From the IMG/VR virus record IMGVR_UViG_3300037590_000072, positions 1 through 32,315 of that record: a stretch of DNA of 32,315 bases; one strand, given 5' to 3'. Origin of the DNA: a virus (lineage: Duplodnaviria > Caudoviricetes). The notes beneath the pieces were generated by a model, which saw only the letters and a list, made by a program, of their open reading frames with translations, ran no database searches and had not been told where the DNA came from. Positions 16,355 through 25,524 of the stretch are shown here, one piece after another. Positions within the stretch are counted from its first letter, which is position 1, and the number at the start of each line of letters is the position of its first letter. Position numbers and translations under genes: made by a program.

Positions 16355-16633
16355 ATGAAAATTTTAGCAAAAACAAAAAAAGTATTTAAAAACGGTTCTA
16401 CTTATTTTTTATCTATAAACAATGAGATAGAAACTATAGTAGAATATGTAGGAACAGATGACAACAACAATAAAATGTTTGAAGCTCCTATTCAGTTCGA
16501 AGAAAAAGTAGAAAACTTTAAATGCGTTCCAGGAAAAACATTTGTTTTTATCCAGAAGACAGATGTCGATTTCATGAAAGGAATTATTACTTTAAAAATG
16601 TCTGACATAGAATTTATTTTTTCAGAAGATTAA
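16355..16633 (+). CDS. Hypothetical protein
   Basis: Tightly packed in the operon; stop overlaps the convergent gene's stop. Confidence 0.7.
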   Translation: MKILAKTKKVFKNGSTYFLSINNEIETIVEYVGTDDNNNKMFEAPIQFEEKVENFKCVPGKTFVFIQKTDVDFMKGIITLKMSDIEFIFSED

Positions 16634-18096
16634 CTAATATCTACGTAAGAATATCTAATGTAATATTTTAAAGTTCCGTCTCCTCCGTACGGATTATTAT
16701 TTAGAGTCTTGAATAATAGTGCAACGTCTGGTAATAGATAAGTACTTGTAGAATTTTCTGAAAAAACTGGAGTTTTCTTTTGTATTCCAGAAGCAGTATC
16801 TTGAAGCATAGTATTATCTAATAGTCCTATAAATTTATTTGCTCCTCCAATGATAAAACCTGTAGAATCTGGCCAAATATAAGGAGTAGAATTATATTGA
16901 TACACAACGAAAAAATTGTGAACATCTATAACAAAACCTGCTTTAGCAGGAACTATTTCGATAGGAGTAGAATAAGATTGTAATATTTGAGCAGATGAAA
17001 TTGTTCCAGAAGCTTCTTTAAATACTGTAGAACTTCCAACAGGATAAGTACTCGCTCCTACTTTTCCATCTTTATCACCCATTAAAAAGTAATTAGTAAC
17101 TTCACTTTCTCCATCAAGATCATCTTTAATTTTATTAGAAAAAATTTCACCATCAGCACTTACACTAAATAAATCTGTCTCTACTAAAGAATCATCTGTC
17201 TTAAGAATCTTAATTACATTAGGAGTTCCAACTAAAGATCCATTATAATTAAAATTAACTGTTTGTATATTTGGATCATTTACTCCACCGTCTATTGTTA
17301 CATTTGAACTTATTTCTACGTCTTTTGAAATTTCTATTTGAGAAGCAGTATTTTTAAATTCATCTACTACTGCAACTTCTCCACCATCAACAAATAAAAA
17401 TTTATCTTCGTCTCCACCAGGGAATGTTATATTTCCTAATCCTCCTTGTACACCTTGGTTACCTTGAGATCCTGAACCTTGACTTCCTTGGTTACCCTGA
17501 TTACCTTTTTGTCCATGTTTAGAATTAACTATAGCTCTTAAATTGTCTACTCCTGGAGCAACATTTAATTCAACTTGAATTGTATTGTCATCTATTATTT
17601 TATATCTTTCTACTTCAAAACTAGGATTTACAGAAGCCCCTTCTTCTATAAGAATAGAAATAACAACGTCTTCTGTTCCTAAATCGTGAGATATTTGATA
17701 TGTTAAATTACTCGCATCTCCGAAAACTTCTGAATAATTTTGATGACTATAATCTACGTCTGCGTTTACTGTTAAAGATTTATTTGGACCATCATATTCA
17801 AACGCAACATTATTTCCTTCTTTAAGAGTAAATGTATCGTTATTTGTAGTTGCTTGTAAAGTACCATCCCCTAAGCTTTCAGATTCTACTACTATTTTAG
17901 AAAAATTTGCTCCAATAGAAACATCTTCTGGTCCTTCTGATGTTACCATTACAAACATGTCTGTATCAGGATCGTAAGCAATTTGACCCGCTTCCAAATC
18001 TCCTAAATCTGCTGTTGGAACATTATGTACTTTGAAATCTTTAATTTCATTTCCATTTAAATTTAAATCTCCGTATATCTTTTTTTCTGTGCTCAT
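16630..18096 (-). CDS. Putative fibre / virion decoration protein with short collagen-like segment
   Basis: LNLNGNEI start, ISHDLGTEDVV beta-domain motif, G-X-Y run GQKGNQGNQGSQ...GNQGVQG, acidic beta-rich composition. Confidence 0.55.
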   Translation of the reverse strand: MSTEKKIYGDLNLNGNEIKDFKVHNVPTADLGDLEAGQIAYDPDTDMFVMVTSEGPEDVSIGANFSKIVVESESLGDGTLQATTNNDTFTLKEGNNVAFEYDGPNKSLTVNADVDYSHQNYSEVFGDASNLTYQISHDLGTEDVVISILIEEGASVNPSFEVERYKIIDDNTIQVELNVAPGVDNLRAIVNSKHGQKGNQGNQGSQGSGSQGNQGVQGGLGNITFPGGDEDKFLFVDGGEVAVVDEFKNTASQIEISKDVEISSNVTIDGGVNDPNIQTVNFNYNGSLVGTPNVIKILKTDDSLVETDLFSVSADGEIFSNKIKDDLDGESEVTNYFLMGDKDGKVGASTYPVGSSTVFKEASGTISSAQILQSYSTPIEIVPAKAGFVIDVHNFFVVYQYNSTPYIWPDSTGFIIGGANKFIGLLDNTMLQDTASGIQKKTPVFSENSTSTYLLPDVALLFKTLNNNPYGGDGTLKYYIRYSYVDIS

Positions 18097-18098
18097 TA

Positions 18099-20360
18099 TT
18101 ATGGTTTAAGGAATTTTGGTGTTATTTTGTTAATGTTTGTATCTAAGTTTAGTTTATTTGCAACTTCAGGTAAATCTATGAAGTTTATTTTCTTTATATC
18201 AAAATCTGTAATTATATCATTATTTCCTTTCTTAGATGAAGTTCCAACATCAGCAAGATTATCTAAACTATTTTTAACTACTTTTTTCTTTTCTTTTTCA
18301 AATTTTTCTTTGTTGCTCTTTAAAATTTCTTGAAGTAATTTAAAATCAGTTTCTATTGGATCTTGTTCAACTATAAAATTAACTTGATCTATTTTTTTAG
18401 TTACTTCGTCTTTTTTCTTTATTTGAGTTTGACCTTTATTTTCTCTAGGCGCTTCAGTTCTATTAGTTGTATTTGTAATATTAGAAGTATTGTTTACTAT
18501 ATTATTATTTGTGATGTTGTTAATAACAGCATCATCTTGAACTTCTCTTAAAATTTGATCTAATTTATTTTGAGTATTCGTAAAAATAGTATTCATTTCT
18601 TGTATTTTCTGCTGTGCTGTTTTTTCAAATACTCTATTTTTATTCTTTTTATAATCTTCTATTGTAGAAGAAAATGTTCCTTCATACATATTAGTTTCTT
18701 CTCCAGAAGCATTCGTATAAACTAAATTAAATCTTCTATTTACATAGTTAACTATTTTTGAAGAATCTCTAGAAGGTATTTTAAATACTACTTCATTTTC
18801 TTTAATAGTAGAAATTTCAGCATAAATATATTTTTTAGTATTTGAAGGGCCAAAAAATACTAAAGCTAAACTTTCAGGATTTAAACTATCAACTCTAACC
18901 ATTTCATTTAAGTTTAGAGCTTCTAATGAATCTTTTTCATTAGTGTTAAATATTTTCAATTTCAAATAATTATCAAATTGTGAAATATAAATTACACCTT
19001 CCCCATTTCCATAAATGAAGTTACTATCTTCTAAGTCTCCTGTAATTACTGCTTTTTCTATTTCTTCAATAGAATTTTCAGCATTAATACTTATTTTATA
19101 AGAATCTACATATCTTACAATTTCTGAAACTATTCGTTTTATATTTTTAGGAGGAGTTTCATCTATACTTAAATTATAAGGAGCTGTAGTTTTTCTATTA
19201 TAAATCTTAATAGGAGCAGAAGATTCTTGGACATTTATTTGTCCTACTCTATATCCATATTTTCTAGCAGCATTTGTGTCTCCTGTAATGCTCGCAGATT
19301 TAATAATTTGAGTATTTTCAACCTGATTTATTATCCTAACTGTATAATCTATTATAAATGAAAATGCATTATCAGAAATAATAGGTCTATATTTATTAGG
19401 TTTATCAAAATTATCTGTTTGTAAAGTAGATATTTGATCTACTAAAATTCTAGTTAAATCTGAATAATTTTCATATACATTAATTTCATTTATAATTGTA
19501 TACGTTTGACCTCTTGAATTTAATTCTGCGATATAGTCTTCTATAAATTCTCCATCATATTTAGCAAAATATTCGAAATAATCTCCTTCATCTGATTCTG
19601 CTAGATGTGCACTAATTAAAGCATTAGGATCTATTTGAGGAATTGAACTAGTTAATATCTTATCATATTTATAAGTTAATTGTCCTTCTACTTCTTCAAA
19701 ATTATAAAATTGATAAAATTCTATTTTAATAGGAGTTTCTTGTTTAAATCCTTTTCCTCCTTGAGTTAAGAAAGTTGCTAATTGAGGATTGTCAAAAGTA
19801 TTTAAATTATAATATTGTTCATTTAAATAAGATATAGAAGGAACTTTTATTTCAATATACCTGTCAAATATCTGTTCTCCTATAGAAAACGGTTTAGAAC
19901 TTTGAGTTACTGTGTTTTCATCTATCGTATAAATATGAGAAAGTAAATATGAAGTATCTCCTGTATTTTCTTCTCCTGAAATTCTTAATCCTATTCCATC
20001 TATCCCTACTAAATTATAACCCGATAATAAATGGATTTTGACAGTATCATATTTAACATTAAAAGATGTTGGTATTGCTAAACTTGTATCTAAATCAATA
20101 TCATCATTTAACTCTTCTAAAGAAAATGGTTGATCTATATCACAATGTCCTACTTTATCTTCATCTATTTCTATAAATGTATAATCTAAAGCATTTTTAG
20201 AATATGAAATAGACGTATCATCATTTATAAATGTAGATATTTTTCTTGTGGTATTTGATACTTTATTAAAATTATACTCAGATATTAAATGACTTTCTCC
20301 TGAATATTCATATTCTAAGTAAGCATACTGAGATAATTTTATTTTTATTGAATTTTGCAT
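18099..20360 (-). CDS. Large hypothetical, probably virion structural protein
   Basis: 753 aa; beta-rich N-terminal two-thirds, low-complexity N/T and K-rich tail; late motif upstream. Confidence 0.5.
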   Translation of the reverse strand: MQNSIKIKLSQYAYLEYEYSGESHLISEYNFNKVSNTTRKISTFINDDTSISYSKNALDYTFIEIDEDKVGHCDIDQPFSLEELNDDIDLDTSLAIPTSFNVKYDTVKIHLLSGYNLVGIDGIGLRISGEENTGDTSYLLSHIYTIDENTVTQSSKPFSIGEQIFDRYIEIKVPSISYLNEQYYNLNTFDNPQLATFLTQGGKGFKQETPIKIEFYQFYNFEEVEGQLTYKYDKILTSSIPQIDPNALISAHLAESDEGDYFEYFAKYDGEFIEDYIAELNSRGQTYTIINEINVYENYSDLTRILVDQISTLQTDNFDKPNKYRPIISDNAFSFIIDYTVRIINQVENTQIIKSASITGDTNAARKYGYRVGQINVQESSAPIKIYNRKTTAPYNLSIDETPPKNIKRIVSEIVRYVDSYKISINAENSIEEIEKAVITGDLEDSNFIYGNGEGVIYISQFDNYLKLKIFNTNEKDSLEALNLNEMVRVDSLNPESLALVFFGPSNTKKYIYAEISTIKENEVVFKIPSRDSSKIVNYVNRRFNLVYTNASGEETNMYEGTFSSTIEDYKKNKNRVFEKTAQQKIQEMNTIFTNTQNKLDQILREVQDDAVINNITNNNIVNNTSNITNTTNRTEAPRENKGQTQIKKKDEVTKKIDQVNFIVEQDPIETDFKLLQEILKSNKEKFEKEKKKVVKNSLDNLADVGTSSKKGNNDIITDFDIKKINFIDLPEVANKLNLDTNINKITPKFLKP

Positions 20361-20377
20361 ATTGAGGACATTCTAAT

Positions 20378-20396
20378 AATATATAGACTATATATT
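20378..20396. promoter_or_regulatory. Perfect palindrome made of two opposed late-promoter motifs
   Basis: AATATATAG-A-CTATATATT between divergent genes 20360(-) and 20410(+). Confidence 0.65.
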
Positions 20397-20409
20397 CAAC
20401 CCGGATAAT

Positions 20410-20805
20410 ATGAAAACATATAGAGAGTTTATAAAAGAAAATAAGTATGAAAATCCTCATTTAGTAGAAGTAATTCCAAAAAGATTTGTATATCATACAT
20501 CGAGTCCTTTTCTTAGAGATAAAATTTCTAAAGAAGGATTAAAACCACAGGGAAGGAGCGCTGCTTGGTTAACAACAACAAACATAAAAGGAAAAGTAAT
20601 TTTTGCTGTTAACAGTGAAGATAAAAATGATGTATGGGATTCTACATATAATGATGATATTTATAAAATAGATATTCAAGGATTAGATAATAAATGGTAT
20701 TATGATCCAAATTTTAATATCCCAAGTAAATATTGCATTACTTTTCAAAATATACCCAAAGAAAATATTAAACTTATTTATAAAGGTACTGGTGAATCAT
20801 GGTAA
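20410..20805 (+). CDS. Putative capsid-packaged protein, ADP-ribosyltransferase-like fold
   Basis: N-terminus MKTYREFIKE; VYHTS...KISKEGLKP, IYKID and C-terminal NIPKENI resemble KptA/ART-like domains. Confidence 0.55.
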   Translation: MKTYREFIKENKYENPHLVEVIPKRFVYHTSSPFLRDKISKEGLKPQGRSAAWLTTTNIKGKVIFAVNSEDKNDVWDSTYNDDIYKIDIQGLDNKWYYDPNFNIPSKYCITFQNIPKENIKLIYKGTGESW

Positions 20806-21488
20806 AAAAGAATAAAATTGCTTTATATGAATCTTTTATGGATTCTTCTGAAACATTAAAAAATATAATCAAAAGAAAAACTAAATCTTATAAAGAGATA
20901 TTTTCTGTAGATGAATTGAAATCAGGAGACGATGTCAATTTTCATTATTATTTAAAATTAATCAATTTAGCATTAGATCATTTAGGAGTAAATATTGAAT
21001 CTGAAGAAAAGGATGGAATAAAATTAAGAGATTTTTTATCAGAAAGATTTAATATTAAAGAATTTGATTGGTCTTCTATTTATCTAAAAAGTACTTTACT
21101 TAAATTAGTAAAACAAGAGAAAATAGATTCAGAAGATTTTAAAGAAAAAATAGAAGCTATTAATGTTCAACCTTCTAAATTTAAACTAAAAGAATTTAGA
21201 ATAGAAGATGAAGAAGATATAGAACCTGGAAATTTAGTTGCTTGGTATTTTGATATTGATGATGTTACATTTATTCATTATGGAATATTTTTACATCATG
21301 ATAATAAAAATTTAGTAATTTTAGATTTTAATACAAATAAAGAAGGAGAGGTTAAAGAAGGAGAAATTCATATTGTTAGTGTACCTTCTGAAAGAACAAA
21401 TGCTCAATTTTTAGGATATTATAATATATTTGAAACTTTAGAAAAAGAGGAAAAACCTAAAAAGGTCATAGAAAAATCTGAAAATTAA
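20799..21488 (+). CDS. Hypothetical protein
   Basis: 229 aa, overlaps the upstream gene; N-terminal KIALYESF. Confidence 0.7.
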   Translation: MVKKNKIALYESFMDSSETLKNIIKRKTKSYKEIFSVDELKSGDDVNFHYYLKLINLALDHLGVNIESEEKDGIKLRDFLSERFNIKEFDWSSIYLKSTLLKLVKQEKIDSEDFKEKIEAINVQPSKFKLKEFRIEDEEDIEPGNLVAWYFDIDDVTFIHYGIFLHHDNKNLVILDFNTNKEGEVKEGEIHIVSVPSERTNAQFLGYYNIFETLEKEEKPKKVIEKSEN

Positions 21489-21724
21489 TCAATATTCATT
21501 TCATCGACATCTACTGAATACATAAAATGTCTTCTAATTCTTTTTACATTATCAATTAAATTAGAAAATAAAGTAGATAGATGATCTAAAAAATTTCCTG
21601 TTACTTCATTTTGATATAAAGCTTTAGAAACAGATTTCTTCATAATAATTCCTTTTTTAGTATAATCAAAAGATTCTGAATTTTTGGAATTTTTATTACT
21701 ATATTGAAATTTTCTTCTTGTCAT
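21485..21724 (-). CDS. Small hypothetical protein
   Basis: 79 aa, last gene of the minus-strand run. Confidence 0.6.
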   Translation of the reverse strand: MTRRKFQYSNKNSKNSESFDYTKKGIIMKKSVSKALYQNEVTGNFLDHLSTLFSNLIDNVKRIRRHFMYSVDVDEMNID

Positions 21725-21726
21725 AA

Positions 21727-23142
21727 TTATTTAAAGTCTCTTATATTTACATGGAAACTTTCACCATAAGGAGGTTTACTTGATTCAGATAAATAATTCT
21801 CATTGTTTACAATTGCCCAAATAATTTTCTTATCATAGCTTCCTATATTAGCAAAAGTTTTAGATGGATAATCTGCATAAGAATCTGTAAAATAAATAAA
21901 TAAATCTGGTTTGATTTTATTTTCTTTGCACCATTTAAAAGGAGGATGAAAATCTGTACCTCCTCCAGATTTTATTTTTGAGTAATCCGGTTTTTCATTG
22001 CCTTTAAATCTATCTATTAATTCTGGATGTATCTCATCATCTACATACAAAATAGTAACATTCTTTATAGTAAAATTATCTAAAAGATAAAGTACTTCAT
22101 TGATAAAAAGTTTTATCTGCTCTACTGAAATAGAACCTGAATTATCAATTGCTATTACTAATTCTTTTATTTGATTACGAGTGTTATCTCTTTCATATCC
22201 AGGAACATATCTCTTAACACCTAAATGTCTTTTCTTATATGCTTTAAATCTAGGCTTCTGTGTAATGTTTTTTATCTTTCTTTTAAGTATTTTTTTCCAA
22301 TCAAAATTAGGATCTTCCTTTATCATATTAAGCATAACTTCAGTTAGCTCAGAACCCAAGAAGCCTCTATTTTTACTCAAACTTGATTCAAGAGTTTGTT
22401 TTATTTTTTGTTGAAATTTCTTTTTATCTTCTTCAGAAATTTCTACTTTTTCTCCTCCATCAGAATCTTCTGGGTTTTCTGCTGTAGAAGATTTTACTTG
22501 AACTATATCACTAGTATCAATATCATCTAATAAATCTCTCAATACATTTCCTTCATCAGATTTAGAATTACCTGTATTTTCAGGTTTTTCTGAATCATTA
22601 TCTGATTTTTTATTTGGATCCTTTAAAATTTCATATATTTCAGCTGCAGATAATCCTCTATATTGAATATCCCATAAACCTATCATTTTTCCGTCTATAT
22701 CTCTAGGAAAATCAAGTTGTCCTTCTTTAGTTAAAGGATCTAATACTATTAAATCGTTTAACGCATAATCTGCTGCAGCATTCCATAAACTAGGATTTCT
22801 AGTTCCTCTGGTATCTCCATGTAAAAGAACACAATGTAAAATTTCATGAATTAAAACAAATCTAAGTGCATTATGATCCATACTTAAAACAAATTCTGGA
22901 TCAAAATAAATATTTTGATAATCAGTTGCTGCTGTTTTGTAGGGTAAATTCCAATTTAAGTATACTCCTAAATTAGACATGTTTCTAGCGTAAAATGGAT
23001 GTTTAACATAAATCCACCCTACGGCAAGTTTTATTTTTTGAAAAGCATCTTCTTCTATTTTTTGCTTTTCTTCAGGAGTTAAAGTTCCATCAGAAGACCA
23101 ATTTTCAAAAAGTTGTACATATTTAGTTTTATAGTTATACAT
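21727..23142 (-). CDS. Metallopeptidase-like (HExxH) plus VWA domain protein (DUF2201-type)
   Basis: TAATD, HEILH, WNAAADYALN; MIDAS DNSGS, GGGTDF, FTD. Confidence 0.85.
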   Translation of the reverse strand: MYNYKTKYVQLFENWSSDGTLTPEEKQKIEEDAFQKIKLAVGWIYVKHPFYARNMSNLGVYLNWNLPYKTAATDYQNIYFDPEFVLSMDHNALRFVLIHEILHCVLLHGDTRGTRNPSLWNAAADYALNDLIVLDPLTKEGQLDFPRDIDGKMIGLWDIQYRGLSAAEIYEILKDPNKKSDNDSEKPENTGNSKSDEGNVLRDLLDDIDTSDIVQVKSSTAENPEDSDGGEKVEISEEDKKKFQQKIKQTLESSLSKNRGFLGSELTEVMLNMIKEDPNFDWKKILKRKIKNITQKPRFKAYKKRHLGVKRYVPGYERDNTRNQIKELVIAIDNSGSISVEQIKLFINEVLYLLDNFTIKNVTILYVDDEIHPELIDRFKGNEKPDYSKIKSGGGTDFHPPFKWCKENKIKPDLFIYFTDSYADYPSKTFANIGSYDKKIIWAIVNNENYLSESSKPPYGESFHVNIRDFK

Positions 23143-23148
23143 TAAGTT

Positions 23149-24705
23149 TTATCTTTTCTTATTTTTAATTTCAGTGATCAAATCTTTTAACTCTAAAAGT
23201 TTTTCTTTTTCTTGATCTGATTTTTTCTCTGCTCCAACAAAAGATAATAATTTAGGATCTTCTTTTTGTAATTTTGCAAATGCTGCAACTACATATTCAT
23301 AAGTTTCATATCTTATTAAATACTTAACTATATTTAAAACAGCATCCAATTTTTCTAAATCATTTTTAATTTCATTTACTCTGTTTGTTAAATACTCAGA
23401 AAGACCAAAGAATTTACCTGGATTTTGTTTTAAATCTCCAAACATTTTAGCTTTTTCTGGTTCTTCGATTATTTGTTTAGCTTCTCTTTCTGTCATCTTA
23501 GAAAATATTTCTAAATATTCTAAAAATACTTGAGCTGCTTCAAATCCTATATCACTAGTTAATCTTCTTCTATATTTTTCAATAGGTAATTCTTTCCAGT
23601 CTGTTACATTATTCATTTTCATGGTTATTTGCATTCCTTTAGCTGCATTTTCCCAGCCTCTTGAAGAAGCATAACTATGAGGATTTACATCAGGATCTAA
23701 ATTATAAAAATACTCAGGCGCATTTTGTAAAAATGAAATTATCTCTGGAAGAATATATGTCTTCTTTTCTCCATCCTTTTTTCTATCGTTTCCTGCTTTA
23801 ATATCTTCGTTTCTTTCCTTTGCCCATTTAATCCAATCTTCTAAAGTAGGAACAAAATTTACTGGTGAAAATCTTTCTGCTAGTGTAGGATTTTCTCCCA
23901 AATCTGTAATGTCTGAATGATCTCCAGGTCTATTACCTGCAACTATTATTATCCAACCTTTTGGCATGTAATAATTATCAAGTCTTTTTTGCTGTATGAA
24001 TTGATTTAATTTTTTTAGAACATACATATCAGCATTAGGAAGTTCGTCTAAAAATAAAATTCCTTTACTATTAGGATCTCTAGGAAAATCTTCTCCTTTA
24101 ATAAATTTTACGGCATCTCCTTCAGCATTAGGAACAGGCAAACCTGTAAAATCAGAAACGTCTTTGTTCTGAACATCTATTAAAGTCATATCACATTTAA
24201 ACTCATCAGCCATTGCGGCAACTATTTGTGTTTTTCCAATTCCAGGAGCTCCATAAATAAATGTAGGTTTAACTGTATAACCTTCTTGAGAACCGATCCA
24301 TTGTTCTCTAATATGATCTTTTAATCCTTCTACTCCTACATTTTGAACTCTTCCTGTTTGAGGAAATTCCAATCCTATTCTGGCTTCATCTATAGATTTT
24401 TCATTAGATGGTTTAGAACTCATACTATTAGTTTTTCCATATTCTGTTTTACTATAATATGATTCTATTTGATCTAAAATTGAACCTTTAGAAGCATTAA
24501 AATATACTACATCAGATGTCCCTTTTTTAAGTCCTTTAGATATTCTTTTCGGAGTAAACACAGAAGTAAAAAAATCTTCCATAGATTTAAAAATTTCTGT
24601 TATGTATTTTTTAGCTTTGGTGATTCCTTTTTTAAATTTATCTCCTGTTCTTTTTAATAAATTTTCATTTATAAAAGTTGTATAATTCTTAACTGGTTTA
24701 TTCAT
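23149..24705 (-). CDS. MoxR-like AAA+ ATPase with N-terminal extension
   Basis: Walker A GAPGIGKT, GLP, Walker B LFLDE, VAGN, LAERF, SRGW; adjacent to its VWA partner. Confidence 0.87.
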   Translation of the reverse strand: MNKPVKNYTTFINENLLKRTGDKFKKGITKAKKYITEIFKSMEDFFTSVFTPKRISKGLKKGTSDVVYFNASKGSILDQIESYYSKTEYGKTNSMSSKPSNEKSIDEARIGLEFPQTGRVQNVGVEGLKDHIREQWIGSQEGYTVKPTFIYGAPGIGKTQIVAAMADEFKCDMTLIDVQNKDVSDFTGLPVPNAEGDAVKFIKGEDFPRDPNSKGILFLDELPNADMYVLKKLNQFIQQKRLDNYYMPKGWIIIVAGNRPGDHSDITDLGENPTLAERFSPVNFVPTLEDWIKWAKERNEDIKAGNDRKKDGEKKTYILPEIISFLQNAPEYFYNLDPDVNPHSYASSRGWENAAKGMQITMKMNNVTDWKELPIEKYRRRLTSDIGFEAAQVFLEYLEIFSKMTEREAKQIIEEPEKAKMFGDLKQNPGKFFGLSEYLTNRVNEIKNDLEKLDAVLNIVKYLIRYETYEYVVAAFAKLQKEDPKLLSFVGAEKKSDQEKEKLLELKDLITEIKNKKR

Positions 24706-24723
24706 TCTTTTTTATTTTTAATT

Positions 24724-25485
24724 TTATTCTACTACAGCATTAAATAGGCTTTTAACTACCCATGCAGTTCCAACGTAAACTAAATCTACTACAGCATAAT
24801 CAGAAGAAGTACTTATAAATTCTCCTGAACCTAGAGTAGAAATATTAGCATCTACTATTTTATGCGGTTTTCCACTAGATGCATTTGCATTTATTACTAA
24901 CGTTAAATTTTGTCCTACAAATTGTCCTTGAGATAATTTTATTTGATTCACATCATTAATATTTTCAACATCTCCTGAAGAAGAATAGTTTGAAAAATCT
25001 AAAATCATTGCATGTTTATTACTAACATCTAATAAACCTACATTCGAATCTACTGAAGTATAATTTGTAGTTAACGAAGCATCAATAGAAGAATCTGCAT
25101 AATCTTTATGAATAATATTTCTTTCTAAATATAAATCTCCTTCTAAATTAAAATTAGAATCTGTTCCTGAAACATTCACATTTCCAGAATTAACCGTTAT
25201 ATTTGAATTTGTAGCTACATTTACGTCATTTGTAGTTGTTGTTCCATCTATAACAAAATTTCCATTAATTCTTCCAGATGCTTCTACAGTAAAAATTTCA
25301 GTAGAAGTTGCTCTTTCTTCTTTAGATAATGTTATGTTTTGAATTGTTATAGTAGAATTTGCAGTATCTATTTTTTCTTCTAATGCATCAGTTACTACTT
25401 TAACTGCTGCAAAGTTGTTATTAAGACTATTTCTAAAGGTAGTAATAGTATCTTTAATATTAATTGTTGTTATTGTAAGTGGCAT
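24724..25485 (-). CDS. Putative virion structural protein (beta-rich, tail/baseplate-associated)
   Basis: N-terminal LNNNF motif, T/N/S-rich beta strands, C-terminal LVYVGTAWVV; late motif upstream. Confidence 0.5.
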   Translation of the reverse strand: MPLTITTINIKDTITTFRNSLNNNFAAVKVVTDALEEKIDTANSTITIQNITLSKEERATSTEIFTVEASGRINGNFVIDGTTTTNDVNVATNSNITVNSGNVNVSGTDSNFNLEGDLYLERNIIHKDYADSSIDASLTTNYTSVDSNVGLLDVSNKHAMILDFSNYSSSGDVENINDVNQIKLSQGQFVGQNLTLVINANASSGKPHKIVDANISTLGSGEFISTSSDYAVVDLVYVGTAWVVKSLFNAVVE

Positions 25486-25513
25486 AATTCTATTTCTTTA
25501 TTAAAGGTATAAG

Positions 25514-25522
25514 TTATATATT
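25514..25522 (-). promoter_or_regulatory. Putative late-promoter motif
   Basis: AATATATAA on the minus strand upstream of 25485. Confidence 0.5.
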
Positions 25523-25524
25523 TT

